Source of the DNA: Chroococcopsis gigantea SAG 12.99
Lineage (GTDB): Bacteria; Cyanobacteriota; Cyanobacteriia; Cyanobacteriales; Microcystaceae
NCBI GenBank assembly: GCA_032860995.1
Contig: JAODIG010000001.1
Span: 3,639,829 to 3,703,828 of the forward strand
Direction of reading: 5' to 3'
DNA length: 64,000 nt
Of this stretch, positions 1-6,936 are shown one piece after another. Position 1 is the first letter of the stretch, and each line of letters starts with the position of its first letter. The notes under the pieces are model-generated. The model was given only the letters and a program-made list of their open reading frames with translations, made no database searches and had not been told where the DNA came from. A program made the translations under genes and the position numbers.

Positions 1-121
1 ATTCTACTGAGTAGGTCTGGATCGATAACTATAAATATCTGTTATCGGGGGATCATCCCCTTTCCCGTGGGAGTAACTTAAAATTAAGTTATAGAACCAA
101 ATATATTTTCCTTCCATCAAC

Positions 122-856
122 ATGAGCAATAGTAGCAATTTTCGACAAGCTTTGCGAGAGGCCAAAGGGAAGTATGTCCTCGGCCCTAACGTTATTCCCA
201 ACGCCCTACCCTATTTAGGTGGTGGCTTAGTATTAACCGCTATCGGCACCTACGGCGGTCTAGGGGTGATTCAATCGGCTCCCAATCTGGCCATGCCGAG
301 TTTCATCGCCGCCATCGTGGGCCAATTGGTACTGTATTTCGTCGCCAGTGGTGTAGCGGCCCGCGGTAATAATAGCACCGCCCTACCCTTACTGGCTATT
401 TATAGCCTTCTATCGGGATATACTCTCAGTGGTATCGTTTATGTAGCCCTGGGGACTTCCGGCGTTGGCTTGATGGGGATTGGTATCGCCGCCCTAGGTT
501 GTGGAGTCGCCTTCGTTCTGGGGCGCAATATCGGTTCCAACCTATCGGAAGAAGATGGTTTAGCTTTAAGCAAAACTATTAGTATCGGCATCCTCGCCCT
601 AGTCGTGGTGGTGATCCTGCAACTGGTTCTGGGATTCTTTGGCGTTTTCACGCCTAGTTGGTTAGAAATAGCCATTTCCGGTTTAGGTGTTCTTCTCTTT
701 ACCGGTTCTGCCGTGGTAGATTTCTACATTCTACCCCGTAGTTACCGCGACGATCAGTATCTACTGGCCGCCTTGTCTATGTATCTCACTTACATTAATC
801 TTTTCGTTTTCATTCTCCGTCTGTTAATCGCTATTAATGGTAGCAGTAGAGACTAG
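122..856 (+). CDS. Bax inhibitor-1/YccA (TMBIM, UPF0005) family integral membrane protein
   Basis: 244-aa ORF with ATG at 122. It is a multi-pass hydrophobic Gly/Ala/Leu-rich protein whose size and N- and C-terminal features are typical of the BI-1/YccA family. A strong intrinsic terminator follows it. Confidence 0.7.
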   Translation: MSNSSNFRQALREAKGKYVLGPNVIPNALPYLGGGLVLTAIGTYGGLGVIQSAPNLAMPSFIAAIVGQLVLYFVASGVAARGNNSTALPLLAIYSLLSGYTLSGIVYVALGTSGVGLMGIGIAALGCGVAFVLGRNIGSNLSEEDGLALSKTISIGILALVVVVILQLVLGFFGVFTPSWLEIAISGLGVLLFTGSAVVDFYILPRSYRDDQYLLAALSMYLTYINLFVFILRLLIAINGSSRD

Positions 857-863
857 AAGTCGG

Positions 864-891
864 GGCGGGATTAATAATCCCGCCTTTTTTT
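864..891 (+). terminator. Rho-independent terminator after the BI-1-like gene
   Basis: GGCGGGA (864-870), loop TTAATAA, TCCCGCC (878-884), then a run of 7 T (885-891). Confidence 0.8.
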
Positions 892-898
892 CGCTAAG

Positions 899-916
899 AT
901 AGTAAAGAAATGTAAA
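899..916 (-). promoter_or_regulatory. HLR1-like direct repeat (putative RpaB-type high-light regulatory site)
   Basis: The minus strand reads TTTACATT-TC-TTTACTAT. This matches (G/T)TTACA(T/A)(T/A)-N2-(G/T)TTACA(T/A)(T/A) with one mismatch. It lies directly upstream of the hli ORF. Confidence 0.4.
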
Positions 917-928
917 GAGGTATTGAAG

Positions 929-1099
929 ATGACGCAATCGCAACCGACCACAGCCCCTAAATTAGAAGACCCGAAATTCGGTTTTAACGAGTACGCCGAG
1001 AGATTGAACGGTAGAGCGGCGATGATCGGTTTCACGCTCACGGTGGCGATCGAATATTTCACCGGTCAAGGTTTATTATCTTGGCTCGGCCTACAGTAA
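929..1099 (+). CDS. hli: High-light-inducible protein (one-helix CAB/Hlip family), 56 aa; not in the ORF track
   Basis: ATG 929 to TAA 1097-1099 encodes MTQSQPTTAPKLEDPKFGFNEYAERLNGRAAMIGFTLTVAIEYFTGQGLLSWLGLQ. It contains the ExxNGRxAMxGF chlorophyll-binding helix motif. Confidence 0.85.
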   Translation: MTQSQPTTAPKLEDPKFGFNEYAERLNGRAAMIGFTLTVAIEYFTGQGLLSWLGLQ

Positions 1100-1165
1100 T
1101 ACGAGGCAACGGATGGGGGGCGAGGTTATACTGGAAATAAATATAAATAGTATTGACCGTCAACC

Positions 1166-1672
1166 ATGACACTTTCCTTTAAAAAAACCTTAGCCACTGG
1201 CTTATTATTAACCACCATTATCGTCACGGGTTGTAATAATCAAGCCCCTTCACCCTACGCTCAAGTACAGAAAGAAACCACCAGTCAAGGTGCATCTGCC
1301 GTCGTCAAAGACTCCGTTAAAGGGGGAAGTTTAAACAGGTTTTTCCCCCCCTCCGGTAACGGTTTCAATCGGGTTTACACCCAAGAGAAAAAAGGTTTCG
1401 CCGAGGCGAAGTTAGAAAAAAGCGGTAAAACCTTAGCCATGATGTCGATTGCCGATACGAAAAATAACCCCACTTCCGTAGATAAATTTAAAAGTAGCAC
1501 GAAAAATATTAAAGGCTATCCGGCAGTACAACAAGGAAGTACGGCTACAGCCCTGTTAGTGAACGATCGTTTCCAAGTGAAAGTGATGTCGAGGGATACA
1601 TCCTTCAGCCCCAACGATCGAGAAACATGGCTGGGCAAATTCGACTTGAACGCCCTAGCGCAAATGAAATAA
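1166..1672 (+). CDS. Conserved lipoprotein of unknown function (paralogue of 12240..12845)
   Basis: The signal peptide ends in the lipobox IVTG-C. The mature N-terminus APSPYAQVQKETT, the QEKKGFAE motif and the LLVNDR(F/Y)QVKV(M/L)SRD block are shared with the second copy. Confidence 0.6.
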   Translation: MTLSFKKTLATGLLLTTIIVTGCNNQAPSPYAQVQKETTSQGASAVVKDSVKGGSLNRFFPPSGNGFNRVYTQEKKGFAEAKLEKSGKTLAMMSIADTKNNPTSVDKFKSSTKNIKGYPAVQQGSTATALLVNDRFQVKVMSRDTSFSPNDRETWLGKFDLNALAQMK

Positions 1673-2107
1673 TCAATTAGAGTTATACACTTTACTCATG
1701 ACCAGACAATTACGATCGTCCTCCAAGCGAACGTAACGGAGTTCATCAGTAAAAGCTTGCATGAATAACAAACCGCGAAAGCTTTCGTGTTCTAGGGGAT
1801 CGAGAATATTCTCTTGGATTTCTTTTAACTTAGCCTCTAGGTCGAAAGGTTTACCGTAATTCCAGATACGGATCATCAAAGATCTCCTATCTATGGTCAA
1901 ATCTATTTCAATAGGTGTAGTGGCGGCCAGATTCTCGTGAGCGTAAATGACAGTGTTGGTGAAGCCCTCAGCCAAGGCGACTTTACATTGCCAGATAACA
2001 GTTTCTGGTAGGAGAAACTCAGTGGTTTTTTCAAACCATTGCAGGACGGGAACAAGAGCATTTAAATCAGTAGTTACCCGTAACAAAAAGTGATTAGTAA
2101 GCTCCAC
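1673..2107 (-). CDS. Anti-sigma regulatory factor-like Ser/Thr kinase (RsbW/SpoIIAB, HATPase_c_2 type)
   Basis: 144 aa. The size and N-terminal helix pattern (LNALVPVLQWFEK...) are typical of cyanobacterial RsbW-like kinases. It has a GTG start at 2107 and overlaps the upstream STAS-PGT gene by 14 nt. Confidence 0.6.
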   Translation of the reverse strand: MELTNHFLLRVTTDLNALVPVLQWFEKTTEFLLPETVIWQCKVALAEGFTNTVIYAHENLAATTPIEIDLTIDRRSLMIRIWNYGKPFDLEAKLKEIQENILDPLEHESFRGLLFMQAFTDELRYVRLEDDRNCLVMSKVYNSN

Positions 2108-3095
2108 TGTTCTTACGGAATAAAACTAGAATAGTCTTAACAATAAGTTGTAAATCATAACCCAAACTCCAATTTTCTTGATAGCGTAAGTCTAACTTGA
2201 TAACATCTTCAAAACTACGAACTTGAGAACGACCATTTACCTGCCACTCACCGGTCATACCTGGTTTGACATTTAAGCGCCGCCATTGAGGAACATCGTA
2301 ACGATCGACTTCATCTTTAGTAGGGGGGCGAGTGCCTACCAAACTCATCTCACCCTTGAGAACATTCCAGAATTGGGGCAATTCATCCAAACTGGTTTTA
2401 CGAAGGAAACGACCGACGGCGGTGATTCTCGGGTCGTTAGTATTTTTAAAAATGGCCCCATCGGCCTGATTGGGAATCGTATTTTTCAAAGCTTCCGCGT
2501 CGACGCACATAGAACGGAATTTAAGTATTTTGAATTCTCTTCCCAGCCAACCGCAGCGAGTTTGGCTGAATAAGATCGGCCCATTACTGTTAACCTTGAT
2601 AGCTAGGGCGATGGGTAAAAATAATACCGCTGTGATACCTAGTCCCACGATGGCACCGGCTATATCGATAAGCCTTTTCAACCAGCTTTTCACCGAGGGG
2701 TGAGTTTCCGGTAAGTCGCTATCGGCGTTATTGGGTTTCCCCTCTTCCGAGAAGGATTGGGCGGGTTGGATGGCCAATAATTTATCCAAACCCGTGATGG
2801 CTAATACGCCCATAATGGGGGGATTAACTCGATCAAGCAACAGTTCTATACCTTGAGCTTGAGCCGCCTTGAAGTTGTGAACTAAAGCGCCTACACCACT
2901 GCTATCGATAAAAGTAGTCGCACCGAAGTCAAGAGTAATTTTCTTGTATTGTTGATTCTGTTGCAGTAGTTCTTGGAATATTTCCTTGAATTGTACCGCT
3001 TCTAATACCGTCAAACGCTCAGGGAGAACCAGGACAGGATATTCTTCAAAGAGGTGGACTAGAGAAAATTGAGTTTCGGGAATTTTAGAAGTCAT
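2094..3095 (-). CDS. STAS (anti-sigma-antagonist) domain fused to a bacterial sugar transferase (polyprenyl-phosphate phosphoglycosyltransferase, PglC/WbaP C-terminal type)
   Basis: The N-terminal ~110 aa carry the SpoIIAA-like motif FIDSSGVGAL. One TM segment follows (IAGAIVGLGITAVLFLPIALAI). The Bac_transf motifs are present: KFRSM, DPRIT.VGRFLRK.SLDELPQ, L.GEMSLVGTRP. ATG at 3095 is preferred to the GTG at 3098. Confidence 0.8.
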   Translation of the reverse strand: MTSKIPETQFSLVHLFEEYPVLVLPERLTVLEAVQFKEIFQELLQQNQQYKKITLDFGATTFIDSSGVGALVHNFKAAQAQGIELLLDRVNPPIMGVLAITGLDKLLAIQPAQSFSEEGKPNNADSDLPETHPSVKSWLKRLIDIAGAIVGLGITAVLFLPIALAIKVNSNGPILFSQTRCGWLGREFKILKFRSMCVDAEALKNTIPNQADGAIFKNTNDPRITAVGRFLRKTSLDELPQFWNVLKGEMSLVGTRPPTKDEVDRYDVPQWRRLNVKPGMTGEWQVNGRSQVRSFEDVIKLDLRYQENWSLGYDLQLIVKTILVLFRKNSGAY

Positions 3096-3208
3096 CACAA
3101 GCAGGCATTAAATAGCTTGATGGATAGCTTATTTTAAATGATCTATCCCCAATTTTCTCAGTTCCGATGCCATTAAACACCCTTGGTGATTACTTTTTCC
3201 CACTAAAT

Positions 3209-3235
3209 ATCAGGATTTTGTCAAGGAATCCTGAT
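3209..3235 (-). other. 9-bp inverted repeat (hairpin) 17 nt downstream of the 3252..3896 gene
   Basis: ATCAGGATT (3209-3217), a 9-nt loop, then AATCCTGAT (3227-3235). There is no clear U-tract, so this is a weak terminator or a regulatory hairpin. Confidence 0.3.
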
Positions 3236-3251
3236 AGTTGATAAGTAATGT

Positions 3252-3896
3252 TTATAAAACCGGTCGCTCTTGTCTCGGTTGGGCCGCTTTAGCTTTAGAT
3301 GCGCTTTTTCTCAAAGCTTCTAAGCGTTTTTCATAACGTTTACGATTCTTCCGATTAGGAGTTTGTTCCATTAAAGTTTTGAAAGCGCTGCCGAGACTCT
3401 TGTAGGCGTTGGGCAGGGAATAACCGAAGCGAGTGGCGATCGCGATCGCCTTTTCATCCGCTTCGATAGCTTCAGCGAGAGTTTTATCGCCGTTATTTTT
3501 CCGCCAGAGTCGATAACCGGAGATACCGCACAAACCTAGGGCCAACAGCAGCAACAAACCATCTTGCACCCACAACTCACCCACGGCACCGCCTAAACCG
3601 ATGGCGAGGGCGGCCATTTCCCAACCCTCCTTAGGAATAGTATCGTTTTGAACCCGGGCCACTTCGTGCCAGAATAACAAATTACGTTGGTCTAGAGCCA
3701 AATTTTCCCATTTAGCCAGATCGATCTGAATCTCGATCTCATCCCGCCCGATTTCCTCGCTGCGAATTAAAGGAGGATTGATCTCTGTAGACCCTTCCAC
3801 CGTCACCCAACTCTGTAACTCCGGTGGTAATAAAGTTTTCAGTCTGCGAAGTTCGCTCATCTCAGCTCTAGCCGAAGAAGCTGCATAAGATGTCAT
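3252..3896 (-). CDS. Conserved cyanobacterial hypothetical membrane protein (2 central TM helices, basic C-terminal tail)
   Basis: 214-aa ORF with ATG at 3896 and a hydrophobic core (MAALAIGLGGAVGELWV...LLLLLALGLCGISGY). It resembles a DUF-type cyanobacterial family that I cannot name with certainty. Confidence 0.5.
   Translation of the reverse strand: MTSYAASSARAEMSELRRLKTLLPPELQSWVTVEGSTEINPPLIRSEEIGRDEIEIQIDLAKWENLALDQRNLLFWHEVARVQNDTIPKEGWEMAALAIGLGGAVGELWVQDGLLLLLALGLCGISGYRLWRKNNGDKTLAEAIEADEKAIAIATRFGYSLPNAYKSLGSAFKTLMEQTPNRKNRKRYEKRLEALRKSASKAKAAQPRQERPVL
3436..3449. repeat. Two overlapping HIP1 palindromes (GCGATCGCGATCGC); a representative of many HIP1 copies in the window
   Basis: GCGATCGC occurs at 3436-3443 and 3442-3449. 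HIP1 abundance is a cyanobacterial hallmark. Confidence 0.9.
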
Positions 3897-4026
3897 ATAT
3901 TTTCTACCTATGTCACATCAATATATTGAATCTATTGTGGATCATAGCGGTAACAGACAGTATTCGGCTTTCCCCCTTCGTAAATTGATGTATAATTTTA
4001 TACCCGATAAAAAAAGTCGGGTATAT

Positions 4027-4055
4027 TTGACGGTTATTGTCGCAGGTGATACTAT
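4027..4055 (+). promoter_or_regulatory. Sigma70-type promoter for thrC
   Basis: TTGACG (4027-4032), a 17-nt spacer, then TACTAT (4050-4055). The predicted TSS near 4062 lies downstream of the track's ORF start at 4037. This supports the ATG at 4088, which is preceded by AGGA. Confidence 0.45.
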
Positions 4056-4087
4056 TTAGACAACAGTTGACGGACACAGGAAAAATC

Positions 4088-5386
4088 ATGACCCAAACCA
4101 TAGACAAAAAAGGTTTTATCCCCACCTTCACCAAATTAGTCTCCAAAGAAGGCGGCACCGAATACCCTCTAGTAGCGATGAATATCTGTGAAGAAACCTT
4201 CGCCCCTCTAGAGGTAGCTTACGATTACGATTTAATTCGCTCTCAAGTCAGCCGGGAAATCATTCAATCGGGGCCCAATTCCATCTGGCGTTATCGAGCT
4301 TTTCTCCCAGTAGAAAGCCAGAATCCCATCGATGTAGGTACGGGAATGACCCCCCTCGTTAAATCTCACCGTCTAGCGCGTCGTTTGGGTCTGAAAAATC
4401 TCTACATCAAAAACGATGCCGTCAATATGCCCACCCTCAGCTTCAAAGATAGAGTGGTGTCCGTGGCATTAACGAGGGCCAAAGAATTAGGTTTCACCAC
4501 CGTATCCTGCGCCAGTACCGGCAACTTAGCTAATTCTACTGCAGCGATCGCAGCTCACGCCGGTTTAGACTGTTGTGTGTTCATCCCCGCCGATTTAGAA
4601 GCCGGAAAAATACTCGGTACTTTAATCTATAACCCGACGGTAATGGCGGTGAAAGGCAATTACGACCAAGTGAATCGCCTCTGCTCGGAAGTGGGCAACA
4701 GCTACGGTTGGGGTTTTGTCAATATTAATCTACGCCCCTACTATTCCGAAGGGTCAAAAACCCTCGGTTTTGAAGTAGCCGAACAATTGGGTTGGAAACT
4801 ACCAGATCATATTGTCGCGCCTTTAGCTTCCGGGTCTTTATTCACCAAAATCCATAAAGGTTTCCGTGAGTTCGTGAAAGTGGGATTGGTAGAAGATAAA
4901 GACGTTAAATTCAGCGGCGCTCAAGCGGAAGGTTGCTCCCCCATCGCCCAAGCTTTTAAAGAAAAGCGTGATTTCATCTCCCCCGTGAAACCCAATACCA
5001 TCGCTAAATCGATCGCGATAGGTAATCCCGCGGATGGTGTGTACGCGCTCGACATCGCCCGCAAAACCGGCGGTAGTATCGAATCGGTAAACGATGCGGA
5101 AATTATCGAAGGCATCAAACTACTCGCGGAAACCGAAGGCATATTCACCGAGACAGCCGGGGGCACAACGATCGCCGTACTGAAAAAATTAGTAGAAGCG
5201 GGTAAGATCGACCCGGAGGAAACCACTGTAGTATATATTACCGGTAACGGATTAAAGACCCAAGAAGCCGTACAGGGATATATCGGTGAGCCTTTAATCA
5301 TCGAGCCAAAATTAGACAGCTTCGAGCGCGCTTTAGAACGCTCTCGCACCCTCGAACGTCTGGAATGGCAACAAGTTTTAGTTTAA
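4088..5386 (+). CDS. thrC: Threonine synthase family PLP enzyme
   Basis: It has the PLP-lysine motif PTLSFKDR and the typical ThrC N-terminal region (PLEV.YDYD) and body (CASTGN, SGSL). The start was trimmed to ATG 4088. Confidence 0.8.
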   Translation: MTQTIDKKGFIPTFTKLVSKEGGTEYPLVAMNICEETFAPLEVAYDYDLIRSQVSREIIQSGPNSIWRYRAFLPVESQNPIDVGTGMTPLVKSHRLARRLGLKNLYIKNDAVNMPTLSFKDRVVSVALTRAKELGFTTVSCASTGNLANSTAAIAAHAGLDCCVFIPADLEAGKILGTLIYNPTVMAVKGNYDQVNRLCSEVGNSYGWGFVNINLRPYYSEGSKTLGFEVAEQLGWKLPDHIVAPLASGSLFTKIHKGFREFVKVGLVEDKDVKFSGAQAEGCSPIAQAFKEKRDFISPVKPNTIAKSIAIGNPADGVYALDIARKTGGSIESVNDAEIIEGIKLLAETEGIFTETAGGTTIAVLKKLVEAGKIDPEETTVVYITGNGLKTQEAVQGYIGEPLIIEPKLDSFERALERSRTLERLEWQQVLV

Positions 5387-5416
5387 TAGTTTTCAACCTT
5401 TAGCGCATTGAATCTC

Positions 5417-5692
5417 ATGTCTATTAAAGTTCTAGTACCCACCCCCCTGCAAAAATTCACCGACAACAAGGCGACGATCGAATGTAGTGCCGGTAGTGTC
5501 CATGAATTAATCGAAGCCTTAGAAGGTAGTTTCCCAGGGATAAAATCCCGCCTCTGCGACGAAGAAGGTAAGCCGAGACGCTTTTTAAATTTTTACGTCA
5601 ACGCCGAGGACATACGCTTTCTTCAAGGCACAGAGACTTCTCTCCAAGATGGTGATGAAGTGAGTATCGTTCCGGCTGTAGCCGGGGGATAA
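5417..5692 (+). CDS. MoaD/ThiS-family ubiquitin-like sulfur-carrier protein ending in Gly-Gly
   Basis: 91 aa from ATG 5417 (the track's start at 5408 is TTG). The C-terminus reads [14 protein letters not shown]-stop, the hallmark of thiocarboxylate carrier proteins. Confidence 0.7.
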   Translation: MSIKVLVPTPLQKFTDNKATIECSAGSVHELIEALEGSFPGIKSRLCDEEGKPRRFLNFYVNAEDIRFLQGTETSLQDGDEVSIVPAVAGG

Positions 5693-5721
5693 TTCTCCCG
5701 ATAATTTTCGTCAACTGAAAT

Positions 5722-5753
5722 AATCACCTAGGAGTTTCCGGGTGATTTTATTT
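5722..5753 (+). terminator. Probable intrinsic terminator after the MoaD-like gene
   Basis: AATCACC (5722-5728), a 12-nt loop, GGTGATT (5741-5747), then TTATTT. Confidence 0.5.
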
Positions 5754-5877
5754 GTGGGCGAATTAGCCAACAGATTGCTGTTGTCCCCTTTTGTGCTTAT
5801 CAACCAATCGAATTGTATTTTCTGCTATCGTCGTACCACAAAAAAGTGCGATGGTTTAGCATTCTCATCAGGGAAAA

Positions 5878-5906
5878 TTGACAAATAAAAATTTTTAATG
5901 TATAGT
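5878..5906 (+). promoter_or_regulatory. Near-consensus sigma70 promoter for the pyruvyl-transferase pair
   Basis: TTGACA (5878-5883), a 17-nt spacer, then TATAGT (5901-5906). It lies about 45 nt upstream of ATG 5953. Confidence 0.5.
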
Positions 5907-5952
5907 CTTGTCCATTGGTTAAATGAACACCACAAATAAAGTCTAATCATTA

Positions 5953-6870
5953 ATGAAACTATACTACTATTACTACTATTACGGTGACAAAAAACCGGTG
6001 ACATATCCTAACTTTGGAGATTTACTAAACGAATGGTTATGGCCGAAATTGCTTTTCGATGTTTATCATAAGGACAACTGCCAAGATATTTTCGATGAAG
6101 ATGACACCGCAATTTTAGTGGGAATAGGAACACTATTAAACCGAGAATTAGAACAGAAAACGCCCAATGCACGCTTGAGAATGGTCTTTAGTTCTGGTGT
6201 TGGTTACGGCACTCCTCTACAGAAGTTAGACGAGACTTATAAGGTGTATTGCGTTCGGGGTCCCTTATCTGCCAGTAAATTGCAGCTATCGCCCGACAAA
6301 GGTTTGGTAGATGGGGGGATAATGATCAGGCGCTATTTCAATCCCCCAAGGAAAGTCAAGTACAAGTATTCTTATATGCCCCATCACGGTTTCTCCGGTT
6401 CCGGTTGGGAGAATGTCTGCAAAAGTTTGAATTTTGGTTATATAGATCCTTCTTTGCCAGTAGAGGATGTGATGACTAAAATTTGCGAGACGGAAATTTT
6501 GCTAACGGAAGCGATGCACGGTGCGATCACCGCTGAGGCTTTTCGAGTGCCTTGGGTTCCCGTAAAAAGTCACGATATGATTTTGACATTCAAGTGGGAA
6601 GATTGGTGCGCCTCTGTCAATCTAAAATATGAGCCTCAGACGATAAATCGTTTGCTTCAACCTAATCCTGTGCAAGATTTAATGACTCCCATCCGCCGAG
6701 TGCGCGATTGGACTCGTCAGCGGTTAGCCGCTCAAGAATTAAAAGCTTTAGCTAATAATTGTCGACCTATTCTGGGCGATGAAAATCATCTAGAAAATCT
6801 TACGGTTGAATTAGAAAATAGACTGGAGCAGTTAAAAAGTGATTTAAAAGCCGGTTGTTTAGGGCCTTAG
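5953..6870 (+). CDS. ExoV-like polysaccharide pyruvyl transferase family protein, copy 1
   Basis: The N-terminal motif NFGD.LNEWLWPKL is typical of ExoV/PS_pyruv_trans proteins of about 300 aa. It is a tandem paralogue of 6937..7839. Confidence 0.55.
   Translation: MKLYYYYYYYGDKKPVTYPNFGDLLNEWLWPKLLFDVYHKDNCQDIFDEDDTAILVGIGTLLNRELEQKTPNARLRMVFSSGVGYGTPLQKLDETYKVYCVRGPLSASKLQLSPDKGLVDGGIMIRRYFNPPRKVKYKYSYMPHHGFSGSGWENVCKSLNFGYIDPSLPVEDVMTKICETEILLTEAMHGAITAEAFRVPWVPVKSHDMILTFKWEDWCASVNLKYEPQTINRLLQPNPVQDLMTPIRRVRDWTRQRLAAQELKALANNCRPILGDENHLENLTVELENRLEQLKSDLKAGCLGP
5962..5982 (+). repeat. In-frame Tyr-codon repeat (TAC TAC TAT)x2 + TAC giving seven consecutive Tyr
   Basis: The sequence reads ATG AAA CTA TAC TAC TAT TAC TAC TAT TAC GGT. 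The paralogue has only TAC TAC at this position. Confidence 0.9.
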
Positions 6871-6936
6871 TCCTGATTTACATTCTTTAAGAATGCCCCC
6901 ACGTAGATAAACACGGCAAATAGAGTTGAATCATTA

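Noticed and set aside
1-121. Small inverted repeats before the first gene: GATAAC..GTTATC at about 24-46 and AACTTAA-AA-TTAAGTT at 75-90.
   Set aside because: They are short, lie in an AT-rich promoter region at the window edge, and cannot be interpreted without upstream context.
871-1062. A track ORF (63 aa) on the minus strand.
   Set aside because: It lies antisense to the 56-aa Hlip ORF (929..1099, + strand), which has a diagnostic family motif. The minus-strand ORF has no recognisable features and runs through the upstream terminator.
4000-4024. A hairpin, ATACCCGA-(9 nt)-TCGGGTAT, upstream of thrC, considered as a riboswitch or attenuator element.
   Set aside because: It lies upstream of the best promoter (-35 at 4027), so it would not be in the thrC leader. 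It has no U-tract and no conserved riboswitch core that I can recognise. It may be a leftover REP-like hairpin.
4037-4087. The longer thrC start (MSQVILFRQQLTDTGKI...) given by the track.
   Set aside because: The extension overlaps a good TTGACG-17-TACTAT promoter and has no ThrC-like sequence. ATG 4088 is preceded by AGGA and begins the conserved region.
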